Origin: Kiritimatiellales bacterium
GTDB lineage: Bacteria; Patescibacteriota; Gracilibacteria; Peribacterales; Peribacteraceae
DNA: 47,658 nt
Direction: 5' to 3'
Assembly: GCA_021734665.1 (NCBI GenBank)
Contig: JAIPIN010000003.1
Location: 1-47,658 of the forward strand
Shown here one piece after another: positions 1-9,051 of this stretch. Within the stretch, counting starts at the first letter, position 1; each line of letters begins with the position of its first letter. The translations under genes and the position numbers were made by a program. The notes under the pieces are model-generated. The model was not told the origin of the DNA, ran no database searches, and saw only the letters and a list, made by a program, of their open reading frames with translations.

Positions 1-69
1 TTTTGTAATCCAAACTATGTGGTATTTAAGATCAAAAACGGTATGGGAACCCTTGCGGTAGTTAAGCAT
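1..69 (-). CDS. tnpA: IS200/IS605-family Y1 transposase TnpA, 5' end only (runs off the window)
   Basis: Manual translation from ATG at 69 gives MLNYRKGSHTVFDLKYHIVWITK, matching the IS200 TnpA N-terminus (SHxxxxxxYHxVWxTK). Not in the ORF track. Confidence 0.85.
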   Translation of the reverse strand, partial: MLNYRKGSHTVFDLKYHIVWITK

Positions 70-137
70 GAAACAACTATATCATCCTAAAGGGATCGCC
101 TGAAGGCGAGGGTTTTGCTCCCAAAGGGTGACAATAA
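1..137 (-). mobile_element. End of an IS200-like element with subterminal hairpin
   Basis: Hairpin TCGCCT-GA-AGGCGA at 96-109, upstream of tnpA. The exact boundary (~137) is estimated. Confidence 0.6.
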
Positions 138-202
138 GAAAAACATATCCTTAAATAGAAATTAACTACTCAATTGAATTGTTGACTATAAACAACCTGC
201 AT

Positions 203-1210
203 TTATTTCATCTCCCCTACCAATCTCTCCACCAACTTTGCCAGACTGTGCTTTTCAATGACTCGATTTCTCAGATCTGCAGTTAACTTCGAACGCTCGT
301 CATCCGACAACCCCAACACTTCCTTCGCCTTCTCCCCCATCGTCTCTTCTGTGCACTGTAAGCTTCCCGGAAGGATAGACTCAGCTGCTTTTGAACATGA
401 AACGACCGGACATTCACTTGCCATTGACTCCAAAACTGCCTTATCTAATCCTCCTCCGCATGCATGCAAGCTTAACGAAGCCTCTTGCAAGAAAGCTCTT
501 ACAACTTCGTGCGGGTACGACTGCATTCCAACGCGTCCTTCCAGACCTAGTTCTTCTATCAATGTCTCAATCTTCTTATATTCCTGTTGATCATCTTTAG
601 TAATGGGCCCACCAGCTACTACCAGCTCAAAGTTCTCCGGAAGTTGAGCAAATGCTTTGATAATAACATCCAAATGTTTTGTCTTTGTTGTTCTGCCAAT
701 GGTCATAACTAGCCCCTTCTTTCTTTCGCCTTCGGGCTTAAAGAATTCAGTATCAATCCCATGACCAGTAATCACACTCTTTCTGGATTTTCTTGGTAAT
801 CCGTAATCTGTTGCAGAGAAAACTTTTCGAACGAACATAAGCGCAAAAGATAGTGCCCATCCACCACCTCTTGCTTCGTACCAAAGATACACCTTCTTAC
901 GTAGAAGGAACCAAGTCTTCCAGCCCAGCACAACCCAGATAGGAGTCATGTGAACAAACACTGAGTCATAATTCTTTCTGAGTTTTAAAATTAGAATCCC
1001 AAACATGAGCATTTGTCTTACACGTGAGTAACCCTTCTCCTTACCCATTGAATGAACCTCTACGTTATACGGAAAATCATGCTCTCCTACAAACTGCCCA
1101 ATAATTGTTACCTTTTCGCAATGTTTAGAAAATTCAATAACCCAGCGATGAAAGAATCCAAGAATGGAATCAGATCTATCAACCTTCTGTGTAATTATAA
1201 GTAACTTCAT
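203..1210 (-). CDS. Glycosyltransferase family 4 (GT-B)
   Basis: MKLLIITQ start, GHGID, GR...K, and a variant D-K-x-x-L-E-S-M acceptor motif. Start moved to ATG 1210 because the upstream codons are repeat DNA. Confidence 0.85.
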   Translation of the reverse strand: MKLLIITQKVDRSDSILGFFHRWVIEFSKHCEKVTIIGQFVGEHDFPYNVEVHSMGKEKGYSRVRQMLMFGILILKLRKNYDSVFVHMTPIWVVLGWKTWFLLRKKVYLWYEARGGGWALSFALMFVRKVFSATDYGLPRKSRKSVITGHGIDTEFFKPEGERKKGLVMTIGRTTKTKHLDVIIKAFAQLPENFELVVAGGPITKDDQQEYKKIETLIEELGLEGRVGMQSYPHEVVRAFLQEASLSLHACGGGLDKAVLESMASECPVVSCSKAAESILPGSLQCTEETMGEKAKEVLGLSDDERSKLTADLRNRVIEKHSLAKLVERLVGEMK

Positions 1211-1224
1211 TGAAGTGATAATAT

Positions 1225-1293
1225 AAGTGCCAAGTACCAAGTGCCAAGTACCAAACCGACTTTTTGGAACTTGGAACTTTCTACTTGGAACTT
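1225..1293. repeat. Inverted pair of 7-mer arrays (AAGT[G/A]CC)x4 / (TTGGAAC)x4
   Basis: Read directly from the sequence. The right arm overlaps the stop codon at 1292-1294. Confidence 0.9.
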
Positions 1294-2425
1294 AGATTGC
1301 TAGAGATTTCAGAAAATCTGCATATGCCTTGATAAGCCTCTCTCTATCAAAATCATCAAGAATCTTGGTGGCTTCTTTGGCCATGCTCTTCTGCAAAGCA
1401 CTATCACTTAATAGATATCTAATTTTCTCGGCAAGATCTTTCTCGGAACCATCTGTAATCAATCCATTCACACCATCTTTAATTATCTCGGGCACTACTC
1501 CAACAGGAGTGGCTATTACTGGCATTCCAATACCCATTGCTTCTAATACACTTCGTGGGCCGCCCTCGCTCTTAGAACACATGACAAAAATATTAGAACT
1601 CGCCACAGCACCAAGTACTGCTTCTAATGTAGGCAGCCAACCAAGGAATGTCACTCGATCTTGCAAGTCTAATGATTGCGCCAGATCCTCGTACTTTGTA
1701 CGCATAGGACCATCCCCGACTACTACAAGCCGTGCACCATTAAGCATGGCAACCGCTCTAATAAGTTCAGGCAATCCTTTATTTGGAACAAGCCGACCAC
1801 AAAATGCTACATCATAAATAATAGGAGGATGCTTAATGGATTGCAGAATAGTTTTATCTAGATAAAAAGATGGAACAACCTGAATTTTTTGATCAGGAAC
1901 TCCCCATTTAATTAATCTATCTCGTACTTTATTATTCACAACACGAACTTTGTTCGCAAACTTTGCATCACGAGGCAAATATAATCGAGACATTATCCTT
2001 CCAATCAATTCTGTTAACGAAGAAGCTTTTGGCATACCAACTATATGATGAATTTCTAATGCGTAAGGAATTCGAATTTTTGCAGCAAGCCGTGATGCCC
2101 CCATACCATTATAGAAAGGAGGATATTCATGAACAGTTGCTATATCATGACCAAAAGTAGAAACCAACTCACGACCTTTTCGCATTATCCAACGTGATTG
2201 AAAACATATATTCCAAGGACATGGATGGAAAAATACAGAACCACCAACAAGTGCAGACTCTCCACCCTTTGTTTCTGATTTTCCATTCTTGGAAACTTTG
2301 GGTACTCGCGGACATATAATATCTATGCGATCAAAGTGCTTCCTAAGCTCTTGCAATGTGTACCAAAACGCTCCTTGCTTACGCTGTAGAATTGAACGGT
2401 CGCCAGAGATCATTAGTAATTTCAT
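1292..2425 (-). CDS. Glycosyltransferase family 4
   Basis: FCGRLVPNKG, GDGP and EGGPRSVLEAM (E-x7-E). Start at ATG 2425 (MKLLMISGD). Confidence 0.9.
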   Translation of the reverse strand: MKLLMISGDRSILQRKQGAFWYTLQELRKHFDRIDIICPRVPKVSKNGKSETKGGESALVGGSVFFHPCPWNICFQSRWIMRKGRELVSTFGHDIATVHEYPPFYNGMGASRLAAKIRIPYALEIHHIVGMPKASSLTELIGRIMSRLYLPRDAKFANKVRVVNNKVRDRLIKWGVPDQKIQVVPSFYLDKTILQSIKHPPIIYDVAFCGRLVPNKGLPELIRAVAMLNGARLVVVGDGPMRTKYEDLAQSLDLQDRVTFLGWLPTLEAVLGAVASSNIFVMCSKSEGGPRSVLEAMGIGMPVIATPVGVVPEIIKDGVNGLITDGSEKDLAEKIRYLLSDSALQKSMAKEATKILDDFDRERLIKAYADFLKSLAI

Positions 2426-2523
2426 AGATGCGTAAGAAGAAAAAGATTTCACTTCTTGCCCCTCGAAGCTACGAGCAAAGCGAGGAGCGAAGTGGGGTCG
2501 CCAGAGATCATTAGTAACTTCAT
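2398..2523 (-). repeat. 28-bp duplication of the GT gene 5' end flanking a CTTCGCT...AGCTTCG palindromic element
   Basis: ggtcgccagagatcattagtaaYttcat at 2398-2425 and 2496-2523 (1 mismatch). Hairpin element at ~2454-2498. Confidence 0.9.
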
Positions 2524-2544
2524 GATTAAAAGAACAATAACAAA

Positions 2545-2628
2545 TGGCTTGGGTTTGGGCTAGGGTTTGGGCTAGGGTTTGGGCTTGGGCTAGATCATAT
2601 TCTACTCCAAGCCCTAGTCCTAGCCCTA
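2545..2628. repeat. Inverted pair of hexamer arrays GGG(C/T)T(A/T) / (T/A)AGCCC
   Basis: About eight G-rich units at 2545-2593 and complementary units at 2608-2628, ending in the stop codon of the next gene. Confidence 0.9.
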
Positions 2629-3705
2629 AATCAGCTGTTCAAACAATGCACCATGCTCACCAGCTACCACATCCCATCCTCTCTTCTCCAAAGACTCAGA
2701 TGCCTTTTTAGAATATTCAACATAGTGCGAACGCACATTCTCAATTGCTGACACAATATCCTCTTCTCTTCTAAGATTTTTTAGAATCATTCCTTCTGAA
2801 AGATCTGTACTCAAACCTGTTTCGCTAGATAGTAAAACTGGCAGCCCGGTCGCCCTCGCTTCTAGCGCAACATTAGGACTAATTTCTGTAATAGATGGAA
2901 TCACCATCAAGTCGTGGCTCTGGAAAATCTTCTGTTTTTCTTCTCCGCTTGTTGGTGAAACAAAAACAACCTTCGGACTTGCAAGCTTCTTCAACTTAAT
3001 ATTCTTAGGACCATCTCCGACCATTGTTACACGAGCATCTATTTGATCAATCGCCTTTAAGAATGTCTCTAAATTTTTAAACGCTACGAAACGCCCCATA
3101 AATAGAATACGAAGTGGAGCATTCATGCTGTGCATCTCTGGTTGTCCTTCGGGCAATGCATTTTCTACAACTGAATGAGCAGGCAACTGCTTAAATTTAT
3201 TTTCATAAATCTCTTCTTGAAACTTAGTTGAAAAAACAATGTGATGGAACGAACTCAATATCCAACGATAAACCAAAAACCAGCAACTAGAAACTAGTGA
3301 ACTTTTCGCGTACCACTCCCTCAGCCCTCGCCTCCCTCCCCAGTCCGTATAACGTTCCCATCCAAAGTCTCCTCCAAGCCGCAAAACTTTCTTAGGCTTC
3401 TTTAGACGTGCAAATTCAAGAGGTGCCCCAACGCTTACTGATGAAAATACATATACAACGTCCGCATCTTTCCCAACTTTCTTAAGAGCCTTGGCATATC
3501 TGAACCATCGCAATATTGGAAAACTCTTATTCACTCTCACAACTTCCCATTTGGAACTTGGAACTTGGACCTTGGAACTTTCACCATAGGTGATAACAAC
3601 CACCTCCATCCCCATCTTCGTAAACTCCTCCGCCAAATGCCTGACGTAAGTAGCCGGCCCACCAATATCTGGAGGATAGATGCCAGTGGCAAGAACAATT
3701 TTCAT
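2626..3705 (-). CDS. Glycosyltransferase family 4 with two repeat-derived inserts
   Basis: MKIVLATGIYPPDIGGPA, FMGRFVAFKN, EISPNVALEA. Start at ATG 3705. Confidence 0.9.
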   Translation of the reverse strand: MKIVLATGIYPPDIGGPATYVRHLAEEFTKMGMEVVVITYGESSKVQVPSSKWEVVRVNKSFPILRWFRYAKALKKVGKDADVVYVFSSVSVGAPLEFARLKKPKKVLRLGGDFGWERYTDWGGRRGLREWYAKSSLVSSCWFLVYRWILSSFHHIVFSTKFQEEIYENKFKQLPAHSVVENALPEGQPEMHSMNAPLRILFMGRFVAFKNLETFLKAIDQIDARVTMVGDGPKNIKLKKLASPKVVFVSPTSGEEKQKIFQSHDLMVIPSITEISPNVALEARATGLPVLLSSETGLSTDLSEGMILKNLRREEDIVSAIENVRSHYVEYSKKASESLEKRGWDVVAGEHGALFEQLI

Positions 3706-3709
3706 AAGT

Positions 3710-4654
3710 TTATGATGTGTATTTCCCCTGATACCACTCCACCGTCTTCTTAATTCCATCTTCAAAACTTACCTTGGGTTCCCACCCGAGTGCTTTTATA
3801 GAACTTGAATCTAGAGCGTAACGCCAATCGTGCCCGAGACGGTCTTTTACAAATGAAATTAAATCCTGAGACTTGCCGAGTACTTCCAACATCAACTTCG
3901 CTGTTTCTATATTTTCTCGTTCGCTATCCGCACTAATCAAATAGATCTCTCCGTCTTTACCTTTTTCCAAAACTGCTTCCACAGCATCTGTGTGATCCGT
4001 TACATATAACCAATCACGTTTCTGTTTTCCTTCTCCATAAACTGGAATCTTCTCATCATTTAATGCTGTTCTGATTATTGTTGGTAAGAACTTCTCTTCT
4101 GCCTGATGTGGACCATAGTTATTTGTACAACGAGTGATACGTGCGCGGATTCCATATGTATTAATCGCTGCTTTAATAAGCAAATCGCCCGCAGCCTTGG
4201 AGGCTGAATATGGATTGCCCGGGTTAAGCGGAGATTGAGGAGTGCTGGATTGCTCGCCATCTTGTAATCCTCCATAAACTTCGTCAGTAGAAACATGTAG
4301 GAGCAAAACTTCTGGATGTGCTTTGCAAACTTCTATCAAACTCTGCACCCCAATAACATTGGTATGCAAAAACGGAGCAGCATCAGATATAGAATTATCC
4401 ACATGTGTTTCTGCTGCAAAATCTACAATCACATCTATACCACGATCTTCAACAATCTTTGTGACAAGTATCTGATCAGCAATATCTCCATGAATAAACT
4501 GCATCTGTTCTTCTACCGATTCTAGATATGACCTATCTCCAGCATATGTAAGTAGATCCAGCACAATAACCTGATCATCAGGATTGTTCTGCACATGTCG
4601 CAGTACAAAGTGCGATCCAATAAAGCCGGCGCCACCTGTGACAAGTAGATTCAT
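3710..4654 (-). CDS. rfbB: dTDP-glucose 4,6-dehydratase
   Basis: GGAGFIG, AAETHVD, VSTDEVYG, YSASK, CTNNYGP, DRLGHDWRY. Alternative start at 4660. Confidence 0.93.
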   Translation of the reverse strand: MNLLVTGGAGFIGSHFVLRHVQNNPDDQVIVLDLLTYAGDRSYLESVEEQMQFIHGDIADQILVTKIVEDRGIDVIVDFAAETHVDNSISDAAPFLHTNVIGVQSLIEVCKAHPEVLLLHVSTDEVYGGLQDGEQSSTPQSPLNPGNPYSASKAAGDLLIKAAINTYGIRARITRCTNNYGPHQAEEKFLPTIIRTALNDEKIPVYGEGKQKRDWLYVTDHTDAVEAVLEKGKDGEIYLISADSERENIETAKLMLEVLGKSQDLISFVKDRLGHDWRYALDSSSIKALGWEPKVSFEDGIKKTVEWYQGKYTS

Positions 4655-4704
4655 AGACATATGCTAGCAGGAAATTTGAATACTGAACGAAAATTCGCAA
4701 GTAA

Positions 4705-4772
4705 AGCTTGTAGCTAGTAGCTTGTAGCTTTAGGCTAGATTCCGTTCCTACAAGCTACCAGCTACCAACTAG
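4705..4772. repeat. Inverted pair of 7-mer arrays (TAGCTTG)n / (CAAGCTA)n
   Basis: Lies between divergent rfbB and rfbA. Same family as 44012-44065. Confidence 0.85.
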
Positions 4773-4776
4773 AAAT

Positions 4777-5487
4777 ATGAAAGGAGTCCTCATCTGCGGC
4801 GGAACAGGGTCTAGGCTACGTCCTCTTACGGACGTTACAAACAAAAGCCTGCTTCCGGTCTACGATAAACCACTTTTGTTATTCCCTCTTCAGGTTCTGC
4901 TAGATGCTGGAATCAAAGAGATAGCAATAATCACAGGCACCGAGCATGTAGATCAGATTGCACAGTTCTTGGGCTCTGGATCACGATTTGATTGCGAGTT
5001 CACTTTTAAAGTACAAGAGAAAGCGGGCGGGATTGCTCAGGCTCTAGGTCTTGCCGAAGAATTTTCGGATGGCGATAGTATCTGCGCTTTGCTTGGTGAC
5101 AATATTTTCTTTGATGACCTTACCCAAGCAATTACAAGTTTCGAAAATGGAGGACATGTGTTCTTAAAGGAGGTTGCTGACCCAAAACGCTTTGGAGTTG
5201 TAGAAATTGATGGCAACAAAGTAACTTCGATAGAAGAGAAGCCCGAAAATCCTAAGAGCAACTTGGCACAAACTGGTTGCTATCTATTTGACCATCGTTG
5301 CTTTGATGTAATTAAAAACATGAAACCTTCCGGCAGAGGAGAATTAGAAATTACCGATGTGGCTAGATGGTATATGGAACAAAATGAGCTAACTTGCACG
5401 AAGTTAACAGAGGAATGGATAGATGCAGGTACGTTTGAGAGCTTGTTTAGGGCTGCTCAATTAGTTCGAGAAAGGAGAGAGTCATAA
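4777..5487 (+). CDS. rfbA: Glucose-1-phosphate thymidylyltransferase (short form)
   Basis: GGTGSRLRPLT, KSLLPVYDKP, LGDN, EEKP, SGRGELEITD, WIDAGT. Confidence 0.9.
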   Translation: MKGVLICGGTGSRLRPLTDVTNKSLLPVYDKPLLLFPLQVLLDAGIKEIAIITGTEHVDQIAQFLGSGSRFDCEFTFKVQEKAGGIAQALGLAEEFSDGDSICALLGDNIFFDDLTQAITSFENGGHVFLKEVADPKRFGVVEIDGNKVTSIEEKPENPKSNLAQTGCYLFDHRCFDVIKNMKPSGRGELEITDVARWYMEQNELTCTKLTEEWIDAGTFESLFRAAQLVRERRES

Positions 5488-6536
5488 ACAGCGCTATATT
5501 TAGTAGCAATCTGCGCCCAATCATAATTAGCAGCATTTCCTTTGCCTGCTTCGGAAAGTTTTCTTCTTAAATCCTCATCAACAAGCAATTTGGCTAGGGC
5601 CATAGATGCTGCATCTGCATCGTCTGGATCAACTAGAATACCCGTCTCTCCATCTGTAACAATATCTGGAATACCCTCGATATTTGTGCCAACTACTGCA
5701 CAACCTGCAGCCTGAGCTTCTAGGAATACGTTACCGAGCGCTTCGTGGCGAGATAGCCCACAAAAAATCTCTGCCTGTGCGAATTCTTTGTATACATCTG
5801 GAGAAGAAATATATCCAAGGAACCTTACACGGTCTTTAATGCCCAAAAATTCTGCTTGTCGCTCTAATTTGTTTCGTAACGGACCATCACCAACTATGTG
5901 CAAATTGAACTCTTCTTTTTTTAGAATCTTGATAGCTTCCAATAGTGTATCAATCCCCTTCATTGCTCTAAGTCTTCCAACAAAAAGAATTCTCCCTGGA
6001 ACTTTTGAGTACCAACTATTCATATCCGCAATTTCTTTCAAACTTATTCCGTTTGGAATGAGAATTGCATCTTCTCGTTTGAATTTTTTAGCACGTTCTA
6101 TAAGCGGTGAGCTGATACATGTAATTTTATGTGCGGCCTTATGCATTTTATCAAGATGCAATTTTGTATTAGTACTCTGGCATGTAAGCATTCGCTTTGC
6201 TCGTGGAACTATGAAAATGCAATGTACCATTGCAAGCCCAGCAAATGATTCAAGAACAGCATGAATAAGACCCGGCTTTAATTTGCGCGCTGCAAGCGGT
6301 GCCAAAAAAGGAAACAGCCACTTATCAAATCCAAGCCCAAGCCCAAGCCCTACTCGTACAATAGGAATTTTCCCCTGCAACAAATCATGCTTTGGCAATG
6401 ACTTCTTCCCCCTCACTGTGATAATCGTAAAGTCATACCGGTCAGCAAGATGCAACGGTACCTCTTCTGCACATGCCTCTGCACCACTTCGGAAAGGGGT
6501 TAGAAATGCCGATAATATGACGATCTTTGGCTTCAT
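5457..6536 (-). CDS. Glycosyltransferase family 4
   Basis: IPNGI, FVGRLRAMKG, EALGNVFLEA. Its 3' end overlaps convergent rfbA by 31 nt. Confidence 0.9.
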   Translation of the reverse strand: MKPKIVILSAFLTPFRSGAEACAEEVPLHLADRYDFTIITVRGKKSLPKHDLLQGKIPIVRVGLGLGLGFDKWLFPFLAPLAARKLKPGLIHAVLESFAGLAMVHCIFIVPRAKRMLTCQSTNTKLHLDKMHKAAHKITCISSPLIERAKKFKREDAILIPNGISLKEIADMNSWYSKVPGRILFVGRLRAMKGIDTLLEAIKILKKEEFNLHIVGDGPLRNKLERQAEFLGIKDRVRFLGYISSPDVYKEFAQAEIFCGLSRHEALGNVFLEAQAAGCAVVGTNIEGIPDIVTDGETGILVDPDDADAASMALAKLLVDEDLRRKLSEAGKGNAANYDWAQIATKYSAVYDSLLSRTN

Positions 6537-7699
6537 TAAGCTAGAAAGCTATTAAAGAGTTTCTTATACTTCTCCCCCACCTTTGCCCAATCAAACTCAT
6601 CTTCAATTCTTTTACGGGCAGCCTCCCCCAATGCCTTGCGCTTAACATCATCTTCTATTAGACGACGCAAATGTGCCTTAAGTGCTTCGCGATCTCCCGG
6701 TTGGAATAAGAAACCAGACACACCGTTATGTATAAGGTAACGATTGCCACCAACTTCAGTTGCAATACATGCACACCCCGATGCCATCGCCTCCATGAGT
6801 GCATTGCTTAACCCTTCGGAGTAACTTGGAAGCACAAATATATCTGACTCGCCTAGAACTTGTGGAATGTCGTCACGCAAACCTGTAAACCTAACTACTT
6901 GGGCGAACTTTTGAACAAGAGGATGGCCTTCTTTATACCAACCAACTACTTGAATATTTAAATTAGGAAAATCTTTTTTAAGTGATGCTGCTGCAGATAC
7001 AAAGTCATCTACACCTTTTACGGATTCCAACCGCCCAACATATGTAATAGTTAAGGATTCGTTCCGCGTAACGCGTTCCGCGTAACGCGTAACGTCTATA
7101 CCTGTAGGAATAACCTCAACTTTCTTAGATATCCCCAATCTCCTCAAAATCGAATCTGGCTGTGGATGAAAAGTGACCACCTTCTTTGCGCAGAGAAGAA
7201 CCAGCCATCCAAGAGTCCATGCATATATTGCTGCACAAACCTTTGGCACTAAACTACGTGGCCACCACGTAATACCCACAAATGCATCTGTAAGAACAAT
7301 TACTTTGCGTCCAGTTAGCCTGAGAAAAATCACAGAAAGTGAAGTCCAAAAGAGAAGCTTATTTGCAATAATCAGATCCGGCTTCTCTTGCTTGATCAAC
7401 TTACGAACATATCCGGTAAATCCAAACGCAATTCCATAATTCCATGGATCTGGAATAAAAATATCTCTCATCCTATGTATCTCTAATGTTTCTGATACTT
7501 TATCAACTGAAACTTTCGACCTTTTGACCTTACGACCTTCTGACCTTTCGACCTTTTGACCTTTCGACTTATCTCCCCCCATACATACAACAAACACCCG
7601 ATATCCCAATCGCTGCCAAAGCTCAGCAAGCTTAACCGAGCTCACCATCCAACGATGGTCTTCTTTCCAGTAAGGGCTAATTAAGAGAATGGACTTCAT
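6536..7699 (-). CDS. Glycosyltransferase family 4 with two repeat-derived inserts
   Basis: YVGRLESVKG and PSYSEGLSNALMEAM. Confidence 0.9.
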   Translation of the reverse strand: MKSILLISPYWKEDHRWMVSSVKLAELWQRLGYRVFVVCMGGDKSKGQKVERSEGRKVKRSKVSVDKVSETLEIHRMRDIFIPDPWNYGIAFGFTGYVRKLIKQEKPDLIIANKLLFWTSLSVIFLRLTGRKVIVLTDAFVGITWWPRSLVPKVCAAIYAWTLGWLVLLCAKKVVTFHPQPDSILRRLGISKKVEVIPTGIDVTRYAERVTRNESLTITYVGRLESVKGVDDFVSAAASLKKDFPNLNIQVVGWYKEGHPLVQKFAQVVRFTGLRDDIPQVLGESDIFVLPSYSEGLSNALMEAMASGCACIATEVGGNRYLIHNGVSGFLFQPGDREALKAHLRRLIEDDVKRKALGEAARKRIEDEFDWAKVGEKYKKLFNSFLA

Positions 7700-7703
7700 G
7701 CGA

Positions 7704-7786
7704 AATGGAAAATGTAAAATTAAGAATTGAGAATTGAGAATTTAGAATTAATTGTCCATTATCAATTGTCAATTATCAATTATTCT
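7704..7786. repeat. 7-mer arrays (GAATTGA-like) and (ATT[G/A]TCA)
   Basis: Fills the whole intergenic gap and includes the stop codon at 7776. Confidence 0.75.
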
Positions 7787-8135
7787 CTGGAGCTTCTTCG
7801 CCCAAATTTGAATTTTTGAGAGCCATCTTCCTCACAATCTTCGTCTGCTTTTGCTCCAATTCTTCTAAACGCATAACTAGATAAAATACGATGAAGAATA
7901 TCACTCCGAAGAAAGTGATAAATACTGCATTCTCGCGATTTTTAATACCCATTAATGATGAAATATACGTCATGACACTCGGAAAGAGCGCGATTGCTGC
8001 AACCAATCCCCAAAATATTGTCCACAAGATCCCCTCCCACAAAGTCTTTTTGTGTCTAAATACAAGACTCCATGCATACAGAATCGCAACTATTGCGACA
8101 AGAGGAGTAAGGAGTTGGTAGAGGCTGATTTCCAT
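7776..8135 (-). CDS. DUF2304-family small membrane protein
   Basis: Three hydrophobic segments, W...P...GI, and C-terminal LEELEQKQTKIVRKMAL. Adjacent to a GT2, the usual context. Start at ATG 8135. Confidence 0.8.
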   Translation of the reverse strand: MEISLYQLLTPLVAIVAILYAWSLVFRHKKTLWEGILWTIFWGLVAAIALFPSVMTYISSLMGIKNRENAVFITFFGVIFFIVFYLVMRLEELEQKQTKIVRKMALKNSNLGEEAPENN

Positions 8136-8231
8136 ATATTTGAATTGTACATTATTCTGTAAGATTCTAATAGAACCGAATGGCAATTAGATTGCCAGTC
8201 ATTAGCTAATTAGATAGCTGCTAATTGCTAA

Positions 8232-8900
8232 TTATCGAATGAACGACCTCAGTAATATCTTTAAAGCAGTCTTCACCCCATTCGCAAATGACTGCCCCTT
8301 AGCAAGGGTATATTCAGAATAAATGACCTTTGTAGGAACTTGTGCCGTGCGCCACTTATGTTGTGCAGACTCACGAACTATCTCTGTGCAAAATTCAAAT
8401 CCACTCATTTTTAGATCAATCTGCTTTAGTGCTTTTGGTCCAAATACTTTGAATCCACATTGGCTATCTGCAACCCACTTACCTGTAACACCAAACGTAA
8501 TTATATTTCCTATCCCGTTAAACAGTCTGCGAATGAATGGAATACGATTTCGCTGCCCGAAGCGATTAGCAAAAACAATATCTGCTTCATCTTTTTCTAT
8601 AGGCGCAAGTAACGCAGGAATATCGTCAGGACTGTGCTGCTCATCCGCATCAAGAGTTACCAATACATCTGCACCAAATCGGCGTGCCGCCTCTATGCCT
8701 GTCATGGTTGCAGCCCCTGCACCACAATTTTCTACATGATGAACAACAATCGCTCCTGCCTTGGTTGCAGCATCTGCTGTTTTATCTGTAGAACCATCAT
8801 CAACAACAATTACACTATCAACAAACTTAAGCACATCTCTAACCACTTGAGCTACACGCCCTTCTTCGTTATATGCCGGAATAACTGCAATTGTTCTCAT
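8232..8900 (-). CDS. Glycosyltransferase family 2 (DPM synthase-like)
   Basis: IPAYNEE, VDDGSTD, DADEQH, DSQCGFK. Confidence 0.9.
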   Translation of the reverse strand: MRTIAVIPAYNEEGRVAQVVRDVLKFVDSVIVVDDGSTDKTADAATKAGAIVVHHVENCGAGAATMTGIEAARRFGADVLVTLDADEQHSPDDIPALLAPIEKDEADIVFANRFGQRNRIPFIRRLFNGIGNIITFGVTGKWVADSQCGFKVFGPKALKQIDLKMSGFEFCTEIVRESAQHKWRTAQVPTKVIYSEYTLAKGQSFANGVKTALKILLRSFIR

Positions 8901-8943
8901 AAACTCAATTATAGATGATTATCACACAGAGGCTATCGCAGAT

Positions 8944-9020
8944 TTGTTATTTAGTTAATTCGTTACTTCGTTTTTTTATATGTGTCATTTAAATGAAATA
9001 ACTAGGTAACGAAATAACGT
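8944..9020. repeat. Inverted pair of 8-mer arrays (TTCGTTAN / NTAACGAA)
   Basis: Degenerate arms at 8944-8972 and ~8993-9020. Same family as 15471-15556. Confidence 0.7.
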
Positions 9021-9051
9021 TGCTATATGCAGGAATCAGACCAGAATAAAA

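Noticed and set aside
5457-5487. 31-nt convergent overlap of rfbA and a GT gene as a special feature
   Set aside because: Short 3' overlaps are ordinary in compact genomes.
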